64,000 nucleotides of DNA from Eledone cirrhosa. Lineage: Eukaryota. Numbering within the stretch: position 1 is the stretch's first letter; the number at the start of each line of letters is the position of its first letter. Positions 33,301-46,800 of the stretch are shown piece by piece. The notes beneath the pieces are model-generated. The model had not been told where the DNA came from and did no database searches. It saw only the letters and a list, made by a program, of their open reading frames with translations. The position numbers and the translations under genes were made by a program. The DNA lies in NCBI GenBank assembly GCA_964016885.1, contig OZ024745.1, forward strand, positions 42,904,001 to 42,968,000. Reading direction: 5' to 3'.

Positions 33301-36300
33301 TCTATATTTACTATTATATTTTCATCAGTATCGGTAGAGGGTCGGACGCCATGCTTTCCAGCATAGTTACGTCCTTTACGGTTTGAGTTCAAATCCCGCC
33401 GAGGTTGACTTTGCCTTTCATCCTTACAGGGTCGATAAAATAAAGTACCAGTAATGCACTGGGTAATTGCTTGCCTTGTGCCAAAAGTAGAAACAATTAT
33501 ATTTTCATGGTAAAGGCTTTACCTCACATAATATCGAATCTATGAGATTTTGATGTTATTTATTTTGAGAACAATACCTAAACATCAGTATAAGCAAAAC
33601 CTAAACATCAGTATAAGCAATACCTAAACATCAGTATAAGCAATACCTAAACATCAGTATAAGCAATACCTAAACATCAGTATAGGCAGCTGATTACGGC
33701 CGGTTTGAACAGAGAGAGGTGAGAGAATTCTAGCCGGATATGGCTGGTTTAAATGCTAAAAGGTTAAATATAAGACAAAAGCATTGCAAATAAATATGAT
33801 TAGAAGGGCACTTGACTGCTATCTCAAGCACATCAGGTGATCAGAATTACGTTCCCTCATTTTGATTTTGTTGTTTAGCCGCGGATCAACCCAGATTGAA
33901 CAAACCTATGATCAAAGTCATTAAAGTTGTAACTATCCCATCTATTTTTATCCAATGTGTCCTTCCTTTTATAAGACAGTAGGGTATGATTTTAGGGAAA
34001 TTTGGCTGCTATATCTAACAGGCCAATCAATTGTATATAGGCTCCTTCATTAGTTCATAATTAGTGAGCACAAGACCCATGACTTGGTTGTTATTGTTGG
34101 TGGCATTGTTTATAAGTGTCTGTACTGGTCAGATTGTTGTGTTCACGTTTACTTACAGCTTATAGTTATCTGTATACAAGTCCATTTCTTTTCCAAGTGC
34201 TTCGCAGTAAAGACCCCAGCCCTGTCAATGAAAAATATATTTTTAAATAATATAACATGGTGGTCAAAGGAGTGCTAGAAATAGCAGCTAAATAGGAGGA
34301 ACTCCATGGTGGTTCATAAGTGTGCTAGAGATAGCAGCTGCATCAGCTAAACAGGTGGAACCTCAATGTAGTCCATTGGTGTGTTTAAAATAGCAGCTAA
34401 ATGTCCCCCCTTATAGCGGTGCCATCCACTCCCAGGCTGCCAGAGTCCAGTTTCGTATTGAGAAATGGCCCTCGCATGGTGAGTGCTTGGCTTTGAAACT
34501 GGGATGTCCTGTGAGAATGGTTTGGCGTGGCCAACTGCCCTATCTCTCTTCATAGTGGTGTCAAGAGGTTGTCATGTCCTTGATATGGCTGAAGTGTCTT
34601 CTTTACCATTTTTTTCCAAAATAAATTAGAAGACTAAATTATTACTTACCTCTATGTAAGCAGTTTGAAGAAGAAAGCAAGATGGTGCAAGGTAGTATTT
34701 CATATCCTCAAGAAAACAGCGGAATGATGGACAATTCTTTATCTTCAAGGCAGCTGATGCCTGAAAAAAATAGTGAAAAATAACATACATTTATTTTACA
34801 ATAAGGATGCTGTTTATATAAACTCTTATTACCAATGAGAAAGATTCTATACCTGGGTGTGATGACCAGGGACTCCTTCATGTAAACTTAAGGCAAACAG
34901 TTCATATTTAGGGCTACAAAGAAAGAAAATATGAAATACCATTGAAGGAAAACAATCAAGCATCTTTAGAAGAAAGATTTTGTTGACAGAATAGCAGCAA
35001 TAGAATTTGTGGGTGAATATCTATAAATTTAACCAATAAAATACAGCTTTCATCATTTTACATCTATTTTTCCATGCACAGCTTCCCTCTACTCATAAAA
35101 TTCCCCTTATACCAGTTTTTTTCTCTTAATTCATCCACATCATTAATATGCATTAACATAACACATCTATTAAAGTATACACACTGAGCCCCCTCTGCCT
35201 ACCCGCTGGCCTACCTGTCATATGGAGCCCCAAGCATGCTCCTTGCTGCTGATACGGTCATACCTTCGGCTACTGGGGTCCAGCAGGGTGACCCTTTAGG
35301 ACCCCTCCATCACTCGGAGTATCACGGCCCCTCTCAACGTTTGGTATTTGGATGATGCTACGTTGGGTGGGCCCATACAGACTGTCTGCCATGACCTTCA
35401 ATCGGTGGTTCCTGCCCTGGCGGGAATCAGCCTCCAGGTCAACTCGGCCATGTCGGAGGTGGTGAATGTCAGCCGCGATGCTGAGAGCTTTGCAGCCTCC
35501 GTCTCAGACGTGCGGTCCATTTTCCACCAGGTACAGGTGACCCCCAAAGAGGATGTCCTCATCCTCAGGTCACCGATCCACCCGCAGGCCATCCGCTCCA
35601 CCATCAGGTCCAGGCTTCAACAACTCCAGACTCTCATGAGCTGACTGGGCTTGATCGACAGCCACCCAGCGCTCTTTCTGTTGAGGAACTGCTTCGCCAT
35701 GCCGAAGCTCCTCTATACTCTTTGCAGCGCTCCGTGCTACACCCATACATCTCTCCTCGCTGACCTCGATACTTGTATTCAAGCAGCAGCAGAGGAGATA
35801 TGCATCGTCAAGTTTGACGACATTGGATGGCAACAGGCCACTTTACCTGTCAGGTATGGTGGCCTTGGCCTCCGGTCCCCGATCTTGCTGGCTTTGCCGG
35901 CGTACCTTTCGTTGGTAACCTCGTGCCGCGTCCTCGTCAGCAGGGTTCTTCAAAACACAATAGAACCCTCTGTAGTTCAGAGAACGTGAGGCCACCTGTG
36001 AGACGTGGGACCGGCTGGGACTTAGCCCAGTAGACGTCCCTCGCAATAGCATTCTATATTTAGCTTTCCCCCTAGTTATTGCTTAGCCATTAGTCGCCAC
36101 TCGGTATTCATTTGTTACCATCCTATATACTACTTTAGTCACAACACTTAAACCTCTGCACTTACTGCCCAGGATATGTGAAACTAAAATTAATTAAAAG
36201 TAGAATGCAGTGGGGAATGAGTCTGGTTCCCAGCAGTATAGTGATAACTTAAAGACGTGTTTCAGTCTTATTAGACCTCCACAGTGAAGCATAGTCTAAC

Positions 36301-39300
36301 TGCTACTGCAGATTTTAGATGACTGGAGAAGTATATAAGCTTTTTGTGAATGAATGGAGAGTGGCATGAATTATATCTTAAATGCCTATGTCTCATTGCC
36401 ATGCACCATCACACTTCTCAAATAGATTTCATACAATTTACCCTTCACTTGTAGACTCCACTAAAAGGCTACCAAGAATCAAGTGGTGCTGCTGAACTGA
36501 GTAACAGATTAACTGTACAAGTCAAAAACAAAAACATTCTCTCCAATTTCTCCAACATGGTTTTTGAGCAACCTGAGGTTATAGTAGAAGACACCAGCCC
36601 AAAACTAGGTAGTTACGAAGAGAACTTCATTGCCATACAGTAATACTTGTGACCTGCTATACTTCATTGCTTACTGTTATTTTCTTTCAAACTTTATCTT
36701 GGTTCTGCTTATATGAATCAAAAGGAAATTAAAAAACATAAATCCTTACCAGACATCAATTTTAGTAAGATTGATCATATATGTGCCAGATCGGGAACCA
36801 TCTTGTGTTCCAGCGAGGTAAAAGGCAGCTGGTGAATTACTCATACCATCAGGAGATGGCTTGATTCTTTTAAGGTGAAAAGAAAAATAGAAGAGAAAAA
36901 AAACACAAGTATTTAAATATTCTAGTAAGTTAAGATTTTTAAAAATATTTTTAGATATATTTAGATATATCAGAATAAGTAGAATGCCTCCAATTATTCA
37001 AATACATTATATCTTAAACCAGTTTTAATACTAATTAAGTAAATTTAATATTGGAGTGATACCTATTCTCAACTACATCATTACAGAACTCACAAACAAA
37101 TAGCTTGTAATTTTAATGGAAAGAAAATATGAAGCTGTAATGTCCATACAGTTTCCAATGGTATTAATAGCATATGAGAAGTGAAGTGGTTCTAATTGAG
37201 AGTTACTACCAAATTGTTTATGGTGTTCATCAACATATAGCATTAGTTTATTAATTTATTAATTTATTAATTTATTGTTGAAGATAAAGTGGTCAGTGAT
37301 AGAAAGGGTATCCAGCTGTAGAAACCATGCTATGTTGGTGCCTTGATAAAATGCTCCCAGCCCACACCACAAAGTGGTAGTATTGATGTCATGATAAAAT
37401 GCACCAAACCACTCTGTAAAGTGGTAGTGCTTGTGCCCCTTTAAAATGCACCCAGTCCACTCTATAAGGTGGTAGTGCTAGTACCATGATAAAATACACA
37501 GAGTTCACCCAATAAGGTGGTAGTGCTAATACCACAATAAAATACTCTCAGTACACACTGTAAAGTGGCAGGCATTAGAAAGAGCATCCAACATTAGAAA
37601 CCATGTCAAAAATGGAACATATGAGCTAGACGTGGTCACCTGATCAGTCTAGTCTCAGAACGTGACATCTTGTCTAAACCATGTAAGCATGGAAAAGAGA
37701 CGTTAAACAGTCATGATGATGATAGAATAGGCTGAATCATTAGTCTGGTGTAAGGAGAGTGAATCTGAGTGGCAGTAATCTCAAATCAGATTGATGCTCT
37801 ACTACATAACCAATCTCAATTGCTATCATAACATTCTATTTAACTCATAATATCCTGTGCCATATAAAACTGTATTAGCATTTTTGAAAAAGTATAAAAC
37901 AGCAATATGACTGCCTCACATTAATAATTAAAGTCTTTACTGTAATATTGCAAATTTTTATAATGATCTGTCCACTAGTAATGATACTATAAGCATTTGA
38001 ATTAACAAACCCTTTTTTAGATAGTTTTTTGCTAAATCATTACAGGATGTTAAGAGTTAAGAAGTTAAATAAGAAGGCAAAATGATATTTTGAAGTAAGG
38101 AACAGGAGTAATTAGAAAGCCTTTTGTTCTACTCACATCATTTCTATATCTGGAAGATCTTTGAAGTATTTTGGAATTAATGGGGCAATCTTATTTTCAC
38201 AAATATCCTTGACATATTCTAATAGTTCTTCCTGAAATTACAAATGTTTACAATAGAAAGGAATCATTATGATATCAAGAAAAATGGACATTTTTCTCAC
38301 AAAAGAAATTCAAACAAAACTCAAATTAGAAATTTTAACAATAAATTGTTAAAATATTAATATTGCAAGGAAGCTGCAACAAAAGAAGACCAAATAAGAC
38401 CTGGTCAGAAGTGGTGAGAATGGATCTCAAAATGCTGAATCTAACAGCGATGACGACAAAAGAATGCTGTAAGTATAGGAAAGCTGTACTGGATATGACC
38501 TGTCCAACCCGTGCAAGCATGGAAAAGCAGATGTAAACATATAACGATGAGGAATAGTAATAATGGCATAGAGTGTAATTTTCACCTATCCAACTCTGTA
38601 AAGTGGTTGTGTAGGCACCATGATAAAATACACACATCCCACACTGTCAAGTGGTAGTGCTGGTGACACAATAAAACACACACATCCCACACTGTCAAGT
38701 GGTAGTGCTGGTGCCACAATAAAACACACACATCCCACACTTAAAGAGGTCAAGCTGGTGTCACAATAAAAGCACCCAGTTCACCCTTTCCCTGCCATGA
38801 AGTGGTTGGTGTGAGGAACGTCATCCAGCATGCCAAAATGGAATGTGTGAGCAAGACTCAGTCATCTGATCTGTCTAGCCTCAAATTGTGACAATCTGTC
38901 TAACCCAATGGTTCACAAAGTGGGTTCTTCAAACAAGTGTCTGAGGTTCCATGAAAAAAGTAGCAGAGTATATTTATATTATGACCATATAACAGTATTA
39001 GACTTTGGGGTTCCTCCAAAAGTTTCCGAATCAAAAAAGGTTCCGCATTTGAAAAAGTTTGGGAAACCCTGGTCTAACGCATACAAGCAGAGAAAATAGA
39101 CATATAAACGGCGGTGATGAGGAGGATCAACAATATTGATAAGCGTACCTTTGTTTGACAAAAGAATTCCTTCTTAGTCTTAAGCAATGCAGTGCTTTCT
39201 TGTATATTTAATGGAAGATTTTCAGCCTTGTAAATCTTCATCATTTCAGCTTTGATACGTTCAACTTCTGACAGACCAAGTTGGTGAATCTCTTCAGGAC

Positions 39301-40765
39301 TTAGATTACATGATGTGTGGAAACGAATGCAAGCTTGATAAAACTCCTTCCCATTTTCTAAATGACAAACACCTGGCTCTTGACGAGCATGTTTCAGGTA
39401 CACCTAGCAGAGAAACATAAAATAAATAACATTTAAAACCCTAAAAAAGAATATGTTTATTTCTATTTTTAAATTAGAAAATATAGTAGAAACATACTTC
39501 CTATAACAATAAACCGACATAGACATGCACACACACACACAAACATTCAAACTCACAATTACCAGTCCTGGAATCCAACCCTCTAACCACTAAGCCACAC
39601 ATATATAATATATATTCAGCTTATTTAATAAGCATAAGACCCTTTAGTTGTGTCAAAGACACCACAACCTCTCTAGTATTGGTGATCTACACAATGAATG
39701 TACGTAGTAAATTGTTTGGTGATAGGAAGAGCACCCAGTCATAGAAAGCTTGCTAAACAAAGGGTTGGGAGGACTCTTTAGTTGTGTCAAGGACATGACA
39801 GCAATCCCTAGTGCTGGTGATCTACACAATAAAAGCATCCAGAACATGCTGTAAAGTGGTTGGTGTTAGGAAGAACATCCAGCTGTAGAAAGCTTGCCAA
39901 ACAAGGGGTTTAGGAGGACCCTTCAGTTTGTGTCAAAAGACATGACAACTTCTTCTCTGCACTTGATTTGACTGTGCATAAGTGGGATACAGACCCCTCA
40001 GTCTATTTGAGAAGTCAGTAGCCCCACTTCAGTATTGACTTGGTCTATGCAGACCAGTCCAGAGAAAGCAGATGTTAAATGATGATGATGATTATATAAC
40101 TTCTTCGCCAAGTTATTCCTGGGGTAGTTGACAGAGCAGAGTCCTCAAACATGCCTTCCAGCGGGTCGTGTCAGAAGCAACCATCTCCAGTTAATTTGAC
40201 TGGATCCCCAATTGAGACCACCCAAACTTATGGATATTATCCAACCATCTTGCTCGAAGTCTACCCCTGGGTCTCCTGCTGGTTGGTTTTGCCCATAAAA
40301 TCTATCCAGCTATTTTTCCAGAAACATTCTATCCACATGTGCTGTGATAACTCAATTCGGAGAAGTAGCAGCTCTCGCTATAATACAGATGTTGGTTTTA
40401 CATGCACTTTTATCAACTGCTATGAAATTAAAAATGCAAGTTGTTAGTTGGAAGTCCTAAATCCAATATCACACATACACACATACAAACACACATATAG
40501 TGTATACTGTAGTTTTCATAATATTCACATTTTTATATTACAAAGCTATCATAACATAAGAAAAATATAATTTTTAAGCAATTCACATTTTCAAAAAATT
40601 CTTTTAACTTTTGCAATGCTGGCTTCAATTGATTCAGGAGAATGTCAGATAGCTGCGTTTTAGTTTCTTCCGCACTAAAAAGTAGAATAGAGAAACACCA
40701 ATATACATATATATATACATATAGATATATATACATATATACACATATATATATGTGTGTGTGTT

Positions 40766-40835
<70 letters not shown>

Positions 40836-43800
40836 CGTTTGTGTATACATATATATACATATATACATGTGTGTATATATATATATACATATATATATGC
40901 GTGTGTGTGTGTTTGTGTATATATATATATATACATATATACATACATATACATCCATATATACATGTATGTATATATATATCATCATCATCATCATTTT
41001 ACGTCCGCTCTTCCCTGCTCGCAAGGGTGGGACGGGTCTTATTCAGCACAGCATCTCTCCACTCGTCACGGTCCTTCGTCATCTCCACCATGAGCTTCAA
41101 CGATCTGAGGTCTGTTCTCACCACCTCCGCCCATGTTTTTCGTGGTCTACCTCTACCACGTCTTCCTTCAACTGGCATTTCCTGGCACTTCTTCACCCAT
41201 CGGTCATCCTCCATGCGCATCACATGTCCATACCACCTCATTCTCCTCTCCCATACACTACATTCTATCCCTCTCAGACACAGTTTCTCTGTCAACACAT
41301 TCATGCTGGGTCGTTCACGTACATTTACACTGCACATCCAATGGAGCATGCTTGCCTCATTTCTCTCCAGCCGTCGCATATCCTCTGCGGTTGCTGCCCA
41401 TGTCTCACTACCATGCAGCATCGCGCTCCTCACACAGGCATCATACAACCGGCCTTTCGTACGCAGGGAGAAACCCTTCTTCGTCAACAGAGGAAGCAGC
41501 TCCCTAAACTTCTTCCAACCCGTCCTTATTCTAGATACTATGGCCTCGGAACACCCTCCTCCCATGCTAATCTGATCTCCTAGGTACCGGAAGCTATCCA
41601 CCACTCTATAGCACCCTCCTGCATTTGAAAAATGTGTCTATCAATGCAACTTCTACTATCTAATTTCCCTGTACATCTACTGCATACATATTTCTCCCTA
41701 CCTGTTAGTTTGCCTGCTATCCCATACATCTCTTGTGTACCCAGGATCTGCATTGTGTGCATTTTATAGAATTTATGCCAGTTCCTTTTCTGCATATCGA
41801 ACATGGCCATTTCCCTGACGGAATCAGAGTTTTGTCCTCTTTTCTACTCATCAACACTTTTGTCTTAGCTAGATTCACTCTCAGTCCTCTTGCTTCCAAC
41901 TGCTGTTTCCATAGCCAGAATTTATTCTCTAGCTCCTCTACTGATTCTGCTATAAGAACCAGATCGTCAGCATAGAGAAGTTCCCATGGACAGCCAGTCT
42001 TAAACTCCTCTGTTATGGCTTGGAGGACTATAATGAACAAGAGCGGACTGAGGACTGAACCTTGATGTACTCCTACTTGTATCTGGAATTCTTCACGAAA
42101 CTCCATTCCTACCCTGACTTTACTGGGAATACCTCTGTACAAAGTTTGCACTGTCCTCACAAGGCATTCCTCAACACCTAGTTTCCTTAGGGACCACCAG
42201 ATGACAGATCGGGGTACCCTATCAAAGGCCTTCTCTAGGTCAACAAAGGCTAAGTATAGTGGCTTATTTTTCTCTAAGAACCTCTCTTGCAATTGTCTCA
42301 CCAAGAAGAGGGCATCTGTTGTACTCTTCCCAGGCACAAAACCAAACTGCATCTCATCTAGTTTGACCCTTTCTCTAATTAGTTGTGCTAATATCCTTTC
42401 TGCCATTTTCATAACCTGATCCATCAGTTTTATACCCCTATAATTGCTCCTCTCAAGAGCATCCCCTTTACCTTTGTAGCAATTTATGAGAAATTGGGTA
42501 TGACACCACCATATATAGCTTGATTGATGATGGGTGCAACCAGTTTAGTGCCTCCGTCCCCTGATGCCTTCAGCATCTCAGCAACTATTCCCGATGGTCC
42601 AGCAGCCTTACCATTTTTTATTTCCTTAATCGCCTCTTGGACCCTATATTCGTCAATCTCAATAGCTGGTCCCTCTGTCGGATCTACTAAGGATAATTTC
42701 TCTCTCTCCCATTCGTTCTCCACATTCATCAGTCTCTCATAATGACATTTCCAGGCCTCCTTTTTCTGATCATTCGTGACACTAAGTACACCGGCATCAT
42801 CCCGGATACATTTATCTCCAACAACATCCTGATTTGCATTGACACTGCCTTGCAATGTGGAACACCGCACGCCTCTGATCTTCCCGTCGCAGAATATTGA
42901 CAAACCTCCTACTCTCAGCCTCCCTGCGTGCTAAGTACACCTGACATCTAGCTTCTCTCTTAGCGGGTGTATATTCTTCCCTACTCCGACCCTTTTTTCC
43001 AAGCCTTCCATGCTAGTCTTTTGTCTCTAATGGCCTTATCTACTGTGCTGTTCCACCACCAGGTCACTCTCTGTCTGGTTGAAGCTCTGCTCCAGCCACA
43101 AGTTTCATTAGTAGACTGCAGCAAGTTGTCACGTAAGAAATTACAGATATTATCTATGTCATGCGTCTCTAAATCGGCTTCTTTTTCGTCATATACATCT
43201 TGAAGAGTTTTCCTAAATTTGTAATTTAGTGAAAGGTCTTTTAGCTTCCAGACCTTTCTTTTCCACACCTTCCTGTATGACTCATTCCATCTCTTGCTTA
43301 ATGAGATATCACTAACGACTAACCTATGCTGTGGGGTACATTCTTCCCCAGGGTATGCCTTGGTATTAGACACTATCTGCCTGTCCCGCTGCCTAACTAG
43401 TAAGAAGTCAATCTGGCTTATGTGCTCGCCAGATTTGTAGGTTATTAGGTGATTGGCAGGTTTCTGGAAGTTTGTGTTGCAAATAGTGAGTGTACTTGCA
43501 TCACAGAATTCAAGAAGTCTCACTCCTTCTTCATTTCTTGAGCCGTAACCGTGCCCATCATGTACCCCAGTGTAACCATCCTGGAGCTGTCCAACATGAC
43601 CATTGAAGTCCCCTGCTAGCATAACGATGTCTCCGTCCTCTGTCATTGCGGTTGTTTGTAAAAGTTGCTCGTAAAAGCAGTCTTTATCATCTTTGCCTAG
43701 GCCTGCTTGGGGAGCATAGGCAGAGATGATTGTCAGTAGTCTCCTGCCTACAACTAATCTAGGCTTAATTATTCGATTACTAACTCGAACTACCTCTATT

Positions 43801-46800
43801 GTCGTATTGATCCATCTCTCAGCCAGGAAAATGCCTTCTCCCCCTAACCCATCATCCTTACCTACCTAGAAAAGCTTATAGCTAAGATGTTTGCCTACGA
43901 CTAGTCTATATATATATATACTTATATATATGTATACATAAAAGTATATTGGCTGATGGATGAGTAAGAATTATGATGGTACAGCTTCCCTGCTAAAAAA
44001 ATAATTTCCATCAATAATTTCCATCAATCTTATACTAACTACATTTAATTTCATTGAAATTGTTTTTCCATGCAAGGTTTCTAAACACTAAATAATAAAA
44101 TACAGTTAAGCTAATTTAGTTGCTACTATTAATATATCAACTACAATGATTCAAACAAACACCAAAAGTTACAGAACAAATTATCTCTTGCTAGTGTGAA
44201 AATAAATATGAACATAAAATGTTAAAATAAATAATATTTAAATACTTCAACTACATTAAGCAACAACAAGCAAGTTACAGGAGGCCAGGACAATAAGATG
44301 ACAATCAGCCGAGGTGTCAGAGATCAGTAGTATATAAACTATCATTATTCTATATAAATAATGAATATATGGACCTGTAACTCCTGATGGAGTTGTAGGG
44401 CTGCCATCATAACACAAGGCATGTCTTGTCCACTTTAAACCAAACAGAGACTATCCCCTCTCCGGGTTGGAACACAACCGATTTCTTCCAGAGAAGGAAA
44501 GAATAAGAGAGAGATATAGAGAAAGGGTAAGTGGAACCCCAGTAGCACAAAAAAAGAGCTGTTAAAAGGGTGGATAACTCCTCAGAGTCAGTGACCCAAC
44601 TATGGGTTAAATAGCCTCACTAACCTACAATTGGCCAGGCATGGTGAGTATGGCCACACCCCTGACATGAACAAAATCAAACCATAAGCAGTAGAGGTCA
44701 ACCAAGTAAGGGTTCCTCCAACAGGAATGAAAAAGCCCTGGATTGAATTAGATTGGCTAGAGAAAGAATCAACCCCAGTACTAAATTAGTATTTTTTTTA
44801 TTGTCATCAAATGAATGAACAGCAAAGCTGACCTCGACAGAATTTGAATTCAGAGGATGCAGAGAACCAGACCACATTTTATCTGACATTCTCATGATTG
44901 TCAATTTGCCACAAATATCATTGATAAAGACAACTCTCAATGGCTAGTCAATTTATTAGTAAATAAGCACCATGGTAGTAGTAGTCAGTGGGAATATTGT
45001 TTAAGTGATGAAGGTTTCATTAGTTTATAGTGTTTAGTTCAAATCTTTTCATATATGTTATTTGTGGAAGAGAAACTTTCCCGAGCTGACTTTCCCCAGA
45101 TACATTATGAAGATGAAGTCTTCAGTTGTATTCCAACAACTTAATAGGTTATGGGACTCATCACCAATTATAACACTATGTTATGAGAATCCTAGAGCTG
45201 CAGTAGGTTTTTGGTAATGCAAGTCCATCACCCAACTGAAACAGTTTTATTTTATTTGTGTTTCAAATATTTTTGGGAAAGGCATTACAACTTTCCATCT
45301 TAAAAATTTACCAAGCTTTCAGCCTTTGTCATACATTTTTACAATGCCATAGATTCCACTTAGATATGATTTCATGGTATGTTAACAAAAGTTTAAACAG
45401 AGATGACTCTACAACTTATATTCCATTGTATTGCTAAAACCATTTTTATATCATTGTGAAATATCTAGAAACAAGTATATCAACTGACTATGAATAATAT
45501 TCAAATGTAAAAATACATGCCCCAGCAATTCATCAACTGGTATCTACTTGTAACAACATGCCTCAATAGTACATAGAAACAAATGTGAAGTTGAAATATT
45601 GAAAAAACAACAGAAGAGGGAAATAATATATTTCTGGATGATACTTACATTTCTGACAGTTTCTTATCAGTTGGTGTCTTTAGAAATGGGTTTAAAAATA
45701 CTGAATTTCCATCGTCTATTTTCTTTATCAAGTCTTCTAACTGTTGAGGAATTTCACTCTTAAAAACAAATTAATATATAATTTTTCTACTGTGCTGTTT
45801 TGTTATTTTTCAAAATGCTTTATGAGAAATTAACATTTAAATGATACAAAATCATAATGTGGCTATTTAGAAACACTGAATTGAATTCACATACAATGCA
45901 CGAATCGACTCAAGGCTAGAGTAAATGACACTTGCCCAAGATGACATGCAATAGAATTGAACCTGGGACTTAATGATTACAAAGTGAACTTTTTAAACAT
46001 TCAGCCACATAGTGTCCATATTTGATATATGAAAACAGATTAGAAATAACTTACCACTGACTCAATTGCACTAATAATCTTCTTGTCAATGCCTTCCAGC
46101 ATTACTGCTTCAACATCACCCAACTGAAAATATTTCATAGAAAAGAAAATAAGTTTGAAATTTAATATAGAAACAATCAATGAGATTTAGAATCTTTCCC
46201 AGTTATTCCCCTTTAAAATGTTATAAATAATAAATAAATAAAATAAATAAATAAAGAAAGAAACCATTATTTAACATCTAGAACATCTAATTGTTTAGAA
46301 ATAGTTTAGAAATAATTGATTCTACTTTTAGCACAAAGCCAGCAAATTGAAGGGGATTGGGCAGAAGACAATTAAATCGACCCCAGTGTGTTTATTTTAT
46401 CAAACCCGTAAGCATGAAAGGCAAAGTTAACCTCGACGGGATTTGAACTCAGAACCAGAAGGGTTGTAACTATTATGCTGCAAAGCATGTTGTCCAACGC
46501 TCAACTGATACAGCCAATCCAATGCCCTATTGACTTTATAAATAATAGCTTTAGACTGGATACTTTACACTATCTAAAGTTGTCTTATGTTTCTGACTTC
46601 AAATCCTGCTCGTTCTCTGGTGATCAACAAAATAAGTAAATAGTAATTTTACTTAATCCTTTCGTTATCTTATTTCTAATGAAATACACTGTATTTCAAT
46701 CAATTAATGAATAATTTTGAAGGATTTATTTTAAATTATTTTAGTATTCCCTTACTAAGATAGGAACTTAACTTATGATTCTTAAACAAAAATTATGTTA

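Noticed and set aside
40642-41583. 313-aa and 272-aa plus-strand ORFs
   Set aside because: Microsatellite plus the antisense frame of the RTE element.
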